Positions 1-10,821 of a DNA stretch of 36,654 bases are shown here, in pieces (position 1 is the stretch's first letter; every line of letters begins with the position of its first letter). Source of the stretch: Pseudomonadota bacterium (GTDB taxonomy: Bacteria > Pseudomonadota > Gammaproteobacteria > Chromatiales > Chromatiaceae). A program made the position numbers and the translations under genes. The stretch is taken from contig JAYELV010000212.1 in assembly GCA_034717755.1 (NCBI GenBank), positions 1-36,654 on the forward strand, written 5' to 3'. The notes under the pieces are model-generated. The model was not told the DNA's origin, made no database searches, and worked only from the letters and a program-made list of their open reading frames with translations.

Positions 1-153
1 CGGTACTAATTTTGCCTGGAGCAAAGTTGAACGCGCCTTGAGCGGCCCGAAGGGTAAATTACAGGGATGTAATTTATAATCTCAAGCAGATTGCCGCGGT
101 CGCTTAGGCTCCCTCGCAATGACAGGAGTCACACGGGGTTATTGAGAACTTAC
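1..153. repeat. Right-hand part of a composite MITE/REP-type element (left end lies outside the window)
   Basis: It ends at 139-153 with ttattgagaacttac, the inverted form of the GTAAC(W)TCTCAATAA terminus seen at five other sites. It contains modules shared with other copies: hairpin tttgCCTGGAGcaaa (11-25) and attacaGGGAtgtaat (58-73). Bases 88-123 are the exact reverse complement of 12858-12893. Confidence 0.6.
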
Positions 154-170
154 GTTAATATTCCTGTTTT

Positions 171-1142
171 TTAACGTATTTCGCTGCTGGATGAGGTCTC
201 GATCAGGCGTGTGAATGCCGTACCGACACCCACACCGAACTTGCTGATGAGGCGATCCAGGGCATTCTCTCTGACAGTGAAATCAACCACTTTTTTTACC
301 CCAATCACTTCAGTTGCAACGTAACGGATGTCGCCGAAGCCATCGATCAAACCAAATCCTTTCGCCGTGGCGCCGCTCCAGTAGAGTCCGCTAAAGACCT
401 CTTCACTCTCCTTGAGTCGATCTCCACGCCCGTCACGCACAGCCTGGATAAACTGTTGATGGACTTCCGACAACATCTTCTCTGCATGTATCCGGTCGTC
501 CTCTTTGAGCGGCAGGAAGGGATCAAGGGTAACCTTGCTCTTGCCGGAGGTAATGACACGCCGTTCGACACCCAGTTTCTGCATGGCATCGACGAAACCG
601 AACTCTCCCATGCGCACGCCGATGGAACCAACGATACTCGATTCATTGGCATAGATTTCGTCTGCTGCTGCAGCGACATAGTAAGCCCCGGATGCACCGA
701 CATCTCCGATGACCGCATACACTGGAATATCCTTATGCTCTTTTCTCAAGCGGCGGATGTCAGCATAGATGCGTGCAGACTGAACGGGACTGCCGCCCGG
801 ACTGTTGATCTGCAGAATGATGCCTTTGGTGCTCTTGTCCTTGTAAGCGTTTTTCAACCCCCTGGCAACCTGGTCTGCAGAGACGCCTTTATCCTTCGGC
901 ATAATGACATCATCGATTGAGATCATCGCCGTGTGATCACCAACATTGAGATTCTCGCTCGACATCTTGCCATTGAAAGCCATATACAGCAGCAGGAACA
1001 AATAGCCGAACAACAGGATGCGAAAAAAGATGCTCCAGCGTCGTTTTCGCCGCTGCTCCTTGACCGACTCCAGCGCCAGTTTTTCGATCAGATCACGCTC
1101 CCACACAATCTCCCCGGAATCACTCTTGTTTGTATCAGCCAT
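171..1142 (-). CDS. S49-family signal peptide peptidase (SppA 36K / SohB-like)
   Basis: 323-aa ORF with an N-terminal TM segment (WSIFFRILLFGYLFLLLYMAF) and the S49 motif GIILQINSPGGS. The ATG at 1140-1142 overlaps the upstream HAD gene stop by 8 nt. Confidence 0.8.
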   Translation of the reverse strand: MADTNKSDSGEIVWERDLIEKLALESVKEQRRKRRWSIFFRILLFGYLFLLLYMAFNGKMSSENLNVGDHTAMISIDDVIMPKDKGVSADQVARGLKNAYKDKSTKGIILQINSPGGSPVQSARIYADIRRLRKEHKDIPVYAVIGDVGASGAYYVAAAADEIYANESSIVGSIGVRMGEFGFVDAMQKLGVERRVITSGKSKVTLDPFLPLKEDDRIHAEKMLSEVHQQFIQAVRDGRGDRLKESEEVFSGLYWSGATAKGFGLIDGFGDIRYVATEVIGVKKVVDFTVRENALDRLISKFGVGVGTAFTRLIETSSSSEIR

Positions 1143-1782
1143 TATTATTTACCCATTCTGGTAGTTCGTGTATCGCATCGAGGCAGTGCAGTGCGCCATG
1201 AAGCAGCAGACGCTCGCGGTCATGCACACCGTAGGAGACCCCTAATGCGGCAACACCCGCATTGGCGGCCATCTGCATATCAAACTCGGTGTCGCCGATG
1301 ACCAGAGTCTCGGCTGAACTCACACCAAGTTCGAGTAGAATCTCCTCTAGCATCTGTGGATGCGGTTTGGACAATGTTTCATCGGCACAACGGTTTGCCT
1401 GAAACAACGGCCGCAAGCCGCTGTCATCGAGTTCCTTATCAAGTCCCCTGCGGCTTTTCCCTGTGGCGACCGCCAGCAGATAATCGCTGGAGAGTCGTTC
1501 AAGCACCTCACGCGCCCGGGGGAAAAGTCGTGGTTGCGTTTTGTTGATCTCCAGAAAGTGTTCGCGGTAGCGATCAGCAAGTGGCTGATGCAAAGCACAA
1601 GGCGAGTCAGGAAAGAGTCTTGCAACGGCCTCGATCAACCCCAGGCCAATCACCTGCCTGGCCTGCTCATCGGCAGGTGGATCGATCTCGAGGTCAATGG
1701 CCGCAGCCTGCAGGCAGGCAACGATTTTGGCCTCCGAGTCCATGATAGTTCCATCCCAGTCAAATACCAGCAGTTGATACAT
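1135..1782 (-). CDS. HAD-IA family hydrolase (phosphoglycolate phosphatase-like)
   Basis: 215 aa. HAD motif I is FDWDGTIMDS (DxDxT) and motif IV is GDTEFD. Confidence 0.8.
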   Translation of the reverse strand: MYQLLVFDWDGTIMDSEAKIVACLQAAAIDLEIDPPADEQARQVIGLGLIEAVARLFPDSPCALHQPLADRYREHFLEINKTQPRLFPRAREVLERLSSDYLLAVATGKSRRGLDKELDDSGLRPLFQANRCADETLSKPHPQMLEEILLELGVSSAETLVIGDTEFDMQMAANAGVAALGVSYGVHDRERLLLHGALHCLDAIHELPEWVNNNG

Positions 1783-1808
1783 TATTAGTTACCGAATGAT
1801 TGAGAAAA

Positions 1809-2759
1809 TCAGGCACGAAGTTGTGACAATATATCGAGTAGAGGTTGTTCGAGCGGAGCCTGCAACTGCAGGCGCTCACCGTTCTCCCCCCATGGAAAGC
1901 TGAGTTTCTCAGCATGCAGAAACAGGCGTTTCAGCCCCAGCTGAGTGGAGAGTTGCCGCGTTTGCGCATCCGCATACTTGCTGTCACCCAGAATCGGTGT
2001 ACCGAGATATTGGGCGTGCACGCGAATCTGATGCGTTCTGCCTGTCTTGAGTACCGCTTCGACCAGCATGGCCTGCGAAAACTGCTCCTTGATGCGAAAC
2101 AGTGTCAACGCCTGCTTGCCATCAGGATGTGGTGTAACAAGACGCCCGCCTGCATGCGCCTGGTTCTTTTTCAGAGGCACATCCACCCGCATACGGTTTT
2201 CAGGCCAGTCGCCATGCACCAGCGCCAGATATGTTTTTTGTATTGCATGCTGGCGTTGCAGTTCATGCAGCCTGCGCAGTGCGGAGCGACGCTTGGCAAT
2301 CATCAACAGTCCCGAAGTCTCCCTGTCGATACGATGCACCAGTTCCAGACCCTTCTGTTGTGGCCGGGCCAGCCGCAGACTTTCGATAACCCCGAGTGAG
2401 ATGCCGCTTCCCCCGTGTACAGCAAGCCCGGACGGTTTATTGATCACCAGCAGGCGATCATCTTCATAGATGATCGATGCGGAAAGTTCTTTCTTCTGCT
2501 CGCCGCTCAGCGCCGGTTGAGTCGCTGCTGAAGCTGTACGCACCGGGGGAATACGCACCTTGTCACCAATACGCAAGCGGTATACAGGCTTGATGCGTCC
2601 GCCATTGACACGCACCTCTCCACGCCTGAGGATTCGGTAAACATGACTGCGGGGAACGCCTTTGAGCTGCCGTAACAGATAGTTATCGATGCGCTGGTCT
2701 TCTGCCTCGGCGCCGATCGTCTCCATGCGCACTCGGCTGTTAATAATCTTGATACTCAT
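1809..2759 (-). CDS. rluC: 23S rRNA pseudouridine synthase, RluC-like (RluA family)
   Basis: N-terminal S4 domain (RIDNYLLRQLKGVPRSHVYRILRRGEVRVNG) and catalytic HRIDRETSGLL motif. The track ORF begins at a TTG (2765); I chose the ATG at 2757-2759. Confidence 0.8.
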   Translation of the reverse strand: MSIKIINSRVRMETIGAEAEDQRIDNYLLRQLKGVPRSHVYRILRRGEVRVNGGRIKPVYRLRIGDKVRIPPVRTASAATQPALSGEQKKELSASIIYEDDRLLVINKPSGLAVHGGSGISLGVIESLRLARPQQKGLELVHRIDRETSGLLMIAKRRSALRRLHELQRQHAIQKTYLALVHGDWPENRMRVDVPLKKNQAHAGGRLVTPHPDGKQALTLFRIKEQFSQAMLVEAVLKTGRTHQIRVHAQYLGTPILGDSKYADAQTRQLSTQLGLKRLFLHAEKLSFPWGENGERLQLQAPLEQPLLDILSQLRA

Positions 2760-2885
2760 CAGCAAACATACTCAGGCAGGCCCCTTCATGCAGCGGCAAT
2801 ATCATGGTGGGATACGGCAATGATTGTTCCTGACAATCTGATTGCACTTCCCCCATCCATGGAGGTCGCTGTCGCTTATACCACC

Positions 2886-5420
2886 CTACGAATCCACATT
2901 TCCAGCTGCTTTAGGCTTTACTTCAGCTTTAGGCTTTACTTCAGATTTAGGCTTTGCTTCAGCTTTAGGCTTCGTCTGTGCTTTGGGTTTCGCAGCTGAT
3001 TTTACCTCAGCAGCTTTCGGCCTGGTTTCTGCCTTGGGCTTTGCTTCTGCTTTGGGCCTGGATACTGCCTCGGATTTCACGGCTGGTTTTGCTTCTGCTG
3101 TTTTTGGCCTGACATCTGCTTTAGGTTTCGCTTTTGCTTTAGGTTTCGCTTCTGCTTTGGGTTTCGCTTCTGCTTTGGGCTTCACCTGTGTCTTTGGCTT
3201 TGCAACAGGTTGTTGCTTCGCCTGTTGTTGTGACCCTGATGCCGCAGCTTGTGATGCTTCAGCGCGAGGCTTGCTCACTGCCTTGTCACTTTCACTGCCA
3301 ACTGACTCAGTACGCTGACTTTGTGGCTTTCTCTGACGGCCGCCTCCGTGCTGACGCCCCGCACTGGAGCGGCGCCCGCGTGAAGGACGTGAACGTCCCT
3401 GCCCACCCTGGTTATTTGTCTGCGCCTTCCCGCTGCTTTGCTTGTTTTCGCTGTCAGCAGGTTTCTGAGCAGTATTTTTCTTATCCGTCGCGCTTTTTTG
3501 CTGCGCACCTCTGTTCTGTCCGCCGCGTTTGCTCGCCTGGGTTCGACGCCGCGGGTTACCACTCCCCTTGCGCTGGTTTGCACTTCGGTTTCGTTGCTGT
3601 GGACGCCTCTGCTGGGGTTTACGCTGTTGTGGTTTTTTCTGCTGTGCCACTGCTTTCTCTTCAGCAGCCTTCTCTTCTGCTGCCTTCTCTTCTGCACTAT
3701 TGTGAGTAAACAGGGAGGTAAAAATCCGTTTGATAAAGCCACTCTCGGAAGTTTCCTCAATATTAACATTGGATTGAGGTGAAGCCTCCTCTGACTTGCG
3801 TTGTGGTGGAGCCGGCTGATGTTCGATGGTCTTGACTGCAGGCTGTTGCATACGCGCCTGCTGCACAGAGTGGCTCTCGGGAACCTTCACTTCCGGGGCA
3901 TCGACAGTTTTATAACTCGCCTGGTCTGCACTTCCCGTTGGGACTTCATCCTGGCGTAAACGCTCGATGGCATAATGTGGTGTCTCAAGATGAGGATTTG
4001 GCACCAGAATCACTTCTACATTTTGGCGTTTCTCAAGGTCGTAGATCGCCTGGCGCTTCTCATTGAGCAGATAGGTTGCCACATCGACCGGAAGCTGGGC
4101 GCTGATTCTTCCTGTATTGTGCTTTTGAGCATCCTCTTCGATCACCCGTAGAATCGACAGCGCCAACGAGCGCACTCCACGGATCGAACCCTGGCCATCA
4201 CAACGCGGACAGACATTTTGAGTCCCCTCTCCCAGTGAGGGTCGCAGACGCTGTCTTGACATCTCCATCAGGCCAAAACGGGAGATCCTGCCGATCTGTA
4301 CGCGTGCACGATCCTCCTTCATAGCAGCTTTGAGACGATTTTCCACGGCACGCTGATTTTTGTTTGCCATCATATCGATGAAATCGATGACAAACAGCCC
4401 CCCCAGATCCCGCAAACGCAGCTGCCGCGCCACTTCATCTGCAGCTTCAAGATTGGTGTTGGTCGCAGTCTCTTCAATATCCGCACCTTTGGTCGCACGC
4501 GCCGAATTGATGTCGATCGAAACCAGGGCTTCGGTATGGTCAATGACGATTGCCCCGCCGGAAGGCAGACGTACTTCGCGTTCGAAGGCGGACTCGATCT
4601 GGCTCTCGATCTGGTAGCGTGAAAAAAGCGGGGTTTCATCTGTATAGAGTTTCAGCTTGCGCGAGTTATGCGGCATCACCTGGCTGATAAAACTTTCAGC
4701 CTGGTGAAACATCTCCTCGCTATCGATGACGATCTCACCAATATCACTGCGCAGATGATCACGAATCGAACGAATAATGACATTGCTCTCCTGGTAGATC
4801 AGGAAAGGTGCGGCACGCTCTTCAGCCGATTTTTCAATGGCTGTCCATACCTGGGTCAGATAATCCAGATCCCACTGCAACTCTTCAGAGACTTTGCCGA
4901 CTCCGGCAGTGCGTACGATCAATCCCATGCCTTCGGTCACTGTAAGCTGCGACATGGCTTCACGCAGCTCTGCGCGCTCACGGCCTTCGATGCGTCGTGA
5001 GATCCCACCAGCTCTGGGATTTTTTGGCACCAGCACCAGGTAACGTCCGGCCAGAGAGACAAATGTCGTGAGGGCTGCGCCCTTGTTACCGCGCTCCTCC
5101 TTCTCGACCTGAACGATGATCTCCTGCCCCTCCTTGATGGCATCACTGATTTTCGGTCTGCCACTGGCTTTTTGGGCCGCTTCAGAGAAGTAACTTCTGG
5201 CGACTTCTTTCATGGGGAGGAAGCCATGCCGGCCAGCGCCATAGTCAACGAAGGCCGCTTCAAGGCTTGGTTCTACGCGGGTGATTCTGCCCTTATAGAC
5301 ATTGGCTTTTTTCTGCTCTCTTCCGGGATGTTCGATATCCAGGTTGAAGAGACTTTGTCCATCGACAATTGCAACACGCAACTCTTCCGGTTGCGTTGCA
5401 TTGATTAGCATTCTTTTCAT
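2886..5420 (-). CDS. rne: Ribonuclease E
   Basis: Conserved N-terminus [22 protein letters not shown]1 domain and Zn-link CPRCDGQG. The C-terminal half is Arg/Gln-rich and Lys/Pro/Ala-rich low complexity. The start was trimmed from 5477 to the ATG at 5418-5420, which has AGGA 10 nt upstream. Confidence 0.93.
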   Translation of the reverse strand: MKRMLINATQPEELRVAIVDGQSLFNLDIEHPGREQKKANVYKGRITRVEPSLEAAFVDYGAGRHGFLPMKEVARSYFSEAAQKASGRPKISDAIKEGQEIIVQVEKEERGNKGAALTTFVSLAGRYLVLVPKNPRAGGISRRIEGRERAELREAMSQLTVTEGMGLIVRTAGVGKVSEELQWDLDYLTQVWTAIEKSAEERAAPFLIYQESNVIIRSIRDHLRSDIGEIVIDSEEMFHQAESFISQVMPHNSRKLKLYTDETPLFSRYQIESQIESAFEREVRLPSGGAIVIDHTEALVSIDINSARATKGADIEETATNTNLEAADEVARQLRLRDLGGLFVIDFIDMMANKNQRAVENRLKAAMKEDRARVQIGRISRFGLMEMSRQRLRPSLGEGTQNVCPRCDGQGSIRGVRSLALSILRVIEEDAQKHNTGRISAQLPVDVATYLLNEKRQAIYDLEKRQNVEVILVPNPHLETPHYAIERLRQDEVPTGSADQASYKTVDAPEVKVPESHSVQQARMQQPAVKTIEHQPAPPQRKSEEASPQSNVNIEETSESGFIKRIFTSLFTHNSAEEKAAEEKAAEEKAVAQQKKPQQRKPQQRRPQQRNRSANQRKGSGNPRRRTQASKRGGQNRGAQQKSATDKKNTAQKPADSENKQSSGKAQTNNQGGQGRSRPSRGRRSSAGRQHGGGRQRKPQSQRTESVGSESDKAVSKPRAEASQAAASGSQQQAKQQPVAKPKTQVKPKAEAKPKAEAKPKAKAKPKADVRPKTAEAKPAVKSEAVSRPKAEAKPKAETRPKAAEVKSAAKPKAQTKPKAEAKPKSEVKPKAEVKPKAAGNVDS

Positions 5421-6067
5421 TGTATAATCCTGTGATTGTGCTGTCAGCCAAACCATGCGGTCAGGCCACTCAGACACATCGGCGTTAATACCGCATTACT
5501 GTACGAGCGGTACACTTCAGGAACAATAGGAAAGCGCCAGCGTCGGACACTGAAAAAGAGAGAAGAGTTTTAGCAGACCAAATTAAACGGAGTGTCGCCA
5601 GTACTGCCGGGCTCATCCGTCAGGAATTGAAAATGCCGGTACTATAATTGGCGCCTGATGAGGAAACACCCACCCGTCGGGAACCGAATATTGTTTTGTG
5701 TCACGGTTGATCCTACCCCGGACTATTTCATTTTTGTACAGCTGACAGGCTTTTCAACACATCTATCTGCTTCAATACAGTGGAGAAGTCTTCTCTATTT
5801 TCCGCCCGGCGAGCGCTTGCTACCGGCCTGTTGCATGCCGGATTTTCCGGCAGCAATTCAGCATCATCAAATAGTGATGCTGAGCATAATTGTTTTGTCT
5901 GTTATCCGTAGATAACCACTCCGGCGTATTCAATTCCTTCGCCGGAAATTTGTAATAATTTGCTAAGAGCGTGAAGGCTAACAGCGGCACAAAGCGTATT
6001 TTTCACGATCAAATTGATGTGCGCGTACCTCGACACACCCTAAACCATCGTCCTGCAACGATCAATC

Positions 6068-6403
6068 TCAAGTAAGTTCAGGTTCGGCCTGCAGTACTTC
6101 TGCAAGCTCCTTCTGATATGTAGCATTCACTCTTTCACGCATCTCCTTGCCAGGTTTGAAATGAGGCACATGCTTACCCGGCAACGCAACCGGATCACCG
6201 GTTTTTGGATTCCTTCCCATACGCGGCTTGCGAAAATGGAGTGAAAAACTTCCAAAACTGCGGATTTCGATGCGATCTCCGCTGGAGAGTGCTGAACTCA
6301 TTTTCTCAAGAATACATTTCACCGCATACTCAACGTCTTTAGGCGCCAGATGTGGTTGCTGTTCAGCAATAATATTGATCAATTCTGATTTAGTAACAGG
6401 CAT
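6068..6403 (-). CDS. ihfB: Integration host factor beta subunit
   Basis: 111 aa in the HU/IHF fold, with motifs [12 protein letters not shown] and [10 protein letters not shown]. It has the classic position downstream of rpsA. Confidence 0.9.
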   Translation of the reverse strand: MPVTKSELINIIAEQQPHLAPKDVEYAVKCILEKMSSALSSGDRIEIRSFGSFSLHFRKPRMGRNPKTGDPVALPGKHVPHFKPGKEMRERVNATYQKELAEVLQAEPELT

Positions 6404-6467
6404 CGTTATGTATCAACAGGAGCATGACAACCAACAGTTGCCATACTCCTGCACTGGCTCCTATAAG

Positions 6468-8165
6468 TTAGTCGCTCTCTTCTTCAGATGCACTCATCTT
6501 CTCTTTAAGCAGAGCGCCAAGCGTGGTTGCAGTTCCTGTAGAGGAAGATTGTGATTTATTGGTGTAACTGCGAATAACCGCCGCTTCCTCTTCAAAATCT
6601 TTCGCCTTGATGGAGAGATTGATTGCACGACTCTTGCGATCAATAGCAAGAAACTTCGCCTCGATCTCATCGCCGACACTCAGCACCGTGCTGGCATCCT
6701 CGATACGCTCACGCGAAAGCTCGGAAACACGCAGATATCCCGTCACCCCTTCAGCCAATTCGACAGTGGCTCCGCGTGCATCGACCTCGGTGATAGTGCC
6801 TTTGACAACACTGCCTTTGCTGTTGGTCGTCACATAAACAGAGAACGGGTCTGTGTCCAGTTGTTTGACGCCCAGCGAGATGCGCTCACGCTCGGGATCA
6901 ACAGAGAGAACCACAGCCTCAACTTCATCACCTTTCTTGAAATTGCGAACAGCCTCTTCACCCAGCAGATCCCACGAAATATCCGAGAGATGCACCAGTC
7001 CGTCGATACCACCGTCCAATCCGATGAAAATACCAAAGTCAGTGATTGACTTGATGTTGCCTTTGACTTTATCGCCCTTCTTGAAATTCTGTGCGAAATC
7101 ATCCCATGGGTTGGTCTTGCACTGTTTCATGCCCAGCGAGATACGGCGGCGTTCTTCATCAATATCAAGAACCATGATTTCCACTTCATCGCCCAGCGAC
7201 ACAACCTTGCTGGGATGGATGTTTTTGTTGGTCCAGTCCATCTCGGAGACATGAACCAGTCCCTCTACACCCTCTTCGATCTCGACAAAGGCGCCATAGT
7301 CAGCAATATTTGTTACCTTGCCAAACAGACGCGTGGCTTCAGGATAGCGACGCGTGATATTGACCCATGGATCATCGCCCATCTGCTTGAGGCCAAGCGA
7401 GACGCGCATTTTTTCACGGTCGAATTTGAGAACCTTGACGGCAATCTCATCACCAATCTCAACGACTTCTGATGGATGGTGAACACGTTTCCATGCCATA
7501 TCTGTGATGTGCAGCAGACCGTCAACCCCACCCAGGTCAACAAAAGCGCCGTAATCGGTGAGGTTCTTGACAATACCCTTGATCTCAATACCATCCGCCA
7601 GTGTTTCGAGCAACTTGTCACGCTCTTCACTGTATTCCGCTTCCACCACGGCGCGACGTGAAACAACCACGTTGTTACGCTGCTGATCCAGTTTGATGAC
7701 CTTGAATTCGAGGTCCTTGCCTTCCAGATAGGCGGTATCGCGTACCGGACGGACATCGACCAGCGAACCGGGAAGGAAGCCGCGCACCTGGCCAAGATCG
7801 ACAGTAAAACCGCCCTTGACCTTGCCATTGATGCGGCCTGTGATGATCTCCTGATCATCGAATGCTTTTTCGAGTGAGATCCATGCGTGATGGCGTTTGG
7901 CCTTCTCACGCGACAGGCGGGTTGCTCCAAAGCCGTCTTCTACGGCATCGAGCGCAACCTCGACCTGCTCACCAATGGCGATTTCGAGGTCACCATTGGC
8001 ATCTAAAAACTGTTCTTTTGGAATCGTGCCTTCTGATTTAAGGCCTGCATTGACAACGACAAAGTCATCGTTGACGTCAATTACGGTACCCATGATCATG
8101 GTGCCGGGTTTCAAATTAAGATTGGCTACACTCTCTTCGAAGAGATCTGCGAAACTTTCGGTCAT
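6468..8165 (-). CDS. rpsA: 30S ribosomal protein S1
   Basis: 565 aa with six S1 repeats (recurring GxVxxxxxxGAFVxL-type units). N-terminus is [12 protein letters not shown]. Confidence 0.96.
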   Translation of the reverse strand: MTESFADLFEESVANLNLKPGTMIMGTVIDVNDDFVVVNAGLKSEGTIPKEQFLDANGDLEIAIGEQVEVALDAVEDGFGATRLSREKAKRHHAWISLEKAFDDQEIITGRINGKVKGGFTVDLGQVRGFLPGSLVDVRPVRDTAYLEGKDLEFKVIKLDQQRNNVVVSRRAVVEAEYSEERDKLLETLADGIEIKGIVKNLTDYGAFVDLGGVDGLLHITDMAWKRVHHPSEVVEIGDEIAVKVLKFDREKMRVSLGLKQMGDDPWVNITRRYPEATRLFGKVTNIADYGAFVEIEEGVEGLVHVSEMDWTNKNIHPSKVVSLGDEVEIMVLDIDEERRRISLGMKQCKTNPWDDFAQNFKKGDKVKGNIKSITDFGIFIGLDGGIDGLVHLSDISWDLLGEEAVRNFKKGDEVEAVVLSVDPERERISLGVKQLDTDPFSVYVTTNSKGSVVKGTITEVDARGATVELAEGVTGYLRVSELSRERIEDASTVLSVGDEIEAKFLAIDRKSRAINLSIKAKDFEEEAAVIRSYTNKSQSSSTGTATTLGALLKEKMSASEEESD

Positions 8166-8281
8166 TGTGAATTAATCCTGATGCCCAAAGGCATCCCGTA
8201 TTGCTGATCGCACAGCAATTCAATAGTCGTTAAATAGATTCAGCCTGTCTAATGACAGACTCCCAATATTAAGAGCCAGCA
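8166..8281 (-). promoter_or_regulatory. rpsA 5' leader with three consecutive hairpins
   Basis: On the minus strand the stems are ctgtc/gacag (8245-8258), attgctg/cagcaat (8200-8219) and gatgcc/ggcatc (8180-8195). Then aggattaattcaca precedes the ATG. This resembles the three-hairpin autoregulated rpsA leader of enterobacteria. Confidence 0.4.
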
Positions 8282-8950
8282 TCACAGCGTTAGATCACAA
8301 TGTTCATGCGCCTGCGCCAGAATTTGCTCCACTACCTCGTCGATAGTCAGTGCCGAGGAATCGATCGTCAATGCATCATCAGCTGCACGCAACGGGGCTT
8401 CCTCGCGACTCATATCACGCTCATCACGCTCACGAATCTCCTCGACAAGACTCGTAAGAATAACAGGCATTCCTTTCTCTTTCAACTGTTTATACCTTCT
8501 GCGCGCCCTTTCTTCCGCACTCGCGGTAAGGAATACTTTCAAAACAGCCCGAGGGAACACCACAGTCCCCATATCCCGGCCGTCGGCAACCAGCCCCTGC
8601 GAGGTTGCAAAATGCTGCTGCCAGCCTAGCAGCGCCGCCCGAACCTGCGCAACTGCCGCAACACGGGATGCATCATTGCCAGCAGTCTCGCTCCTGATGG
8701 AATCTGTAACATCCTGTTTTTCAAGCAGTATTCTTCCATGTTCGAATTCAACCTGAAGATTTTCGGCAATCTTACCCAGAACATCGTCGTTGCGGAAATC
8801 GGCATTCTGGTTTCGCGCCTGCAGCCCCGTCAGACGATACAGCGCGCCACTGTCGAGTACCCTCCAGCCGAGGTGAGCGGCCACTAACGCGGCAATGGTG
8901 CCTTTACCGGAACCCGAAGGCCCGTCGATGGTAATAATTTTTTGATTCAT
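8282..8950 (-). CDS. cmk: Cytidylate kinase
   Basis: P-loop ITIDGPSGSGKGT sits directly after the start. The start was trimmed from 8992 to the ATG at 8948-8950, because the upstream extension translates a CTTCGTG repeat. Confidence 0.92.
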   Translation of the reverse strand: MNQKIITIDGPSGSGKGTIAALVAAHLGWRVLDSGALYRLTGLQARNQNADFRNDDVLGKIAENLQVEFEHGRILLEKQDVTDSIRSETAGNDASRVAAVAQVRAALLGWQQHFATSQGLVADGRDMGTVVFPRAVLKVFLTASAEERARRRYKQLKEKGMPVILTSLVEEIRERDERDMSREEAPLRAADDALTIDSSALTIDEVVEQILAQAHEHCDLTL

Positions 8951-9084
8951 ATTTTTTCCTGTTTCACCACGAAGATCACGAAGAGAGAACAAAACTCATG
9001 GAGCAGTAGGTAATTTCTCAAAAAGCCCGTGCAAATAAGTAGAATTCAAATGCATGTCAATCATGCTCTTCGTGGTTGATTCTT

Positions 9085-10410
9085 CTAACGCACTTCCAGC
9101 GTCATACCAATGCTGTTGACGAGATCCGCAAAACCCGGAAACGAAGTATCGACGTTGGCGCAGTCATCGATCTCGATCTCCCCGTCCGCGCGCAACGCAG
9201 CGATCGCAAACGCCATCGCGATGCGATGATCGCCATGAGAGTCAACTCTGCCGCCACGCATATTCCCGCCCCTGATCACCATGCCATCCGCAGTCGGGGT
9301 TGCATCGATTCCAAGTGATTGCAAACCATCTGCCATCACCTGGATACGGTCACTCTCCTTGACACGGAGTTCTTCGGCGCCTGTCAGCACGGTCTCGCCC
9401 TGTGCACAGGCTGCGGCCACGAACAACACTGGAAACTCATCGATTGCCAGCGGCACCTGTGATTCAGGAATATGAATTCCTTTCAATCCAGCCCCGCGAA
9501 CACGCAAATCAGCAACCGGCTCCCCGCCGATCTCCAACTGGTTCGATATCTCGATCGATGCCCCCATCTGCCGCAAAATATTGATCACGCCAATGCGGGT
9601 GGGATTCATACCAACATGGCGCAATGTCAAATCAGACCCCGGTGCAATCGAAGCTCCGACCAGAAAAAATGCCGCCGAAGAGATATCTGCCGGCACATCG
9701 ATTGTTGTGGCTGTCAGGGCGCCGCCGCCATCGAGGCAGATACGGTTGCCATCTGTCGTCACCGTATAGCCAAAACCACGCAGCATGCGCTCGGTATGAT
9801 CCCGCGTCGGCGCCGGTTCGACCACGCAACTCTCTCCCTGCGCATAAAGACCCGCCAGCAACACACAGGATTTTACCTGCGCACTCGCCACCGGCAGCTG
9901 GTAGTGGATGGGATCGAGATGCCCGACCGCCTTGATATGCAGCGGCGCAGTGCCTATCTCCGTAGTATCGATGGCAGCCCCCATGCTTGAGAGAGGCTCT
10001 GTCACCCTGCGCATCGGCCGTGATGACAGTGATGCATCTCCGGTAAGGGTCAGATTCATCCCCTGGCCGGCAAGCAGCCCGCACAAAAGGCGCATGGAGG
10101 TACCCGAGTTTCCCACATCCAGTGCAACAGACGGCTGCTGCAGACCATGCATGCCGACGCCATGAACAGTCACCCTGCCATCATGCGGGCCGTCGATAGT
10201 GACACCCATGGTACGAAACGCTTTCAGGGTGGCGAGGCTATCGTCGCCTTCGAGGAAACCACTGATCTGCGTCACCCCATTCGCCAGGGAACCGAGCATG
10301 ATAGATCGATGTGAAATGGATTTATCCCCGGGAACACGGATGCTTCCCCGTAGAACTCCACCGGGTTTGACCACAAAACGTATTTTATTTGTCAAAATTG
10401 ACTCCGACAT
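9085..10410 (-). CDS. aroA: 3-phosphoshikimate 1-carboxyvinyltransferase (EPSP synthase)
   Basis: 441 aa with motifs VPGDKSISHRSIMLG and GDHRIAMAFAIAAL. It lies in aroA-cmk-rpsA-ihfB synteny. Confidence 0.93.
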   Translation of the reverse strand: MSESILTNKIRFVVKPGGVLRGSIRVPGDKSISHRSIMLGSLANGVTQISGFLEGDDSLATLKAFRTMGVTIDGPHDGRVTVHGVGMHGLQQPSVALDVGNSGTSMRLLCGLLAGQGMNLTLTGDASLSSRPMRRVTEPLSSMGAAIDTTEIGTAPLHIKAVGHLDPIHYQLPVASAQVKSCVLLAGLYAQGESCVVEPAPTRDHTERMLRGFGYTVTTDGNRICLDGGGALTATTIDVPADISSAAFFLVGASIAPGSDLTLRHVGMNPTRIGVINILRQMGASIEISNQLEIGGEPVADLRVRGAGLKGIHIPESQVPLAIDEFPVLFVAAACAQGETVLTGAEELRVKESDRIQVMADGLQSLGIDATPTADGMVIRGGNMRGGRVDSHGDHRIAMAFAIAALRADGEIEIDDCANVDTSFPGFADLVNSIGMTLEVR

Positions 10411-10423
10411 AAAGACGAAACAC

Positions 10424-10596
10424 TTAACTTCTCAATAAATTCGAGCACTGATCTGAGCCTGCGCAGAGTTGGAATCCGCTTTTCAGCGCCGCTGTGGATA
10501 CATCCCTGTACGCTCTGATAAAACATCCCTGTTTTATACAGCCCTGAAAAGCAAATCCCAACCCTGCCTATCTGTACGGAGTTATTGGGATGCTAC
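10424..10596. mobile_element. MITE-like element, same terminal family as 12828-12984 (degenerate copy)
   Basis: The left end is ttaacttctcaataa and the right end is ttattgggatgctac (inverted). The interior has two ACAtcccTGT hairpins (about 10503-10540). I see no clear target duplication. It ends 13 nt upstream of the aroA start codon. Confidence 0.5.
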
Positions 10597-10821
10597 AAAA
10601 TACAGCAATTCTATATGTAGAGAGATACTCACCACGAAAGCATATTTGTAATCGGTTAATTCTTCGAGGTCTTCGTGTGCTTCGTGGTAAAAGTCTTTTT
10701 AGATATCGACACTCTATTGGTATATTGAAAATTGCTAACGAAAATACGGTGAACTCTCACCATTACTTCATTGTAGTGTAAACTGCGCGCCCAACAAACA
10801 TGAACAGTGGCGAAATTTTCC

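Noticed and set aside
2842-3318. 158-aa plus-strand ORF with ALGF(T/A)S repeats
   Set aside because: It is an antisense shadow of the (KPKAEA)n repeats at the rne 3' end. The periodic repeat keeps the opposite frame open. It has no independent signals.
5658-5915. 85-aa plus-strand ORF in the rne upstream region
   Set aside because: It has no SD sequence, no recognisable domain and odd composition. It is more likely non-coding leader or spacer.
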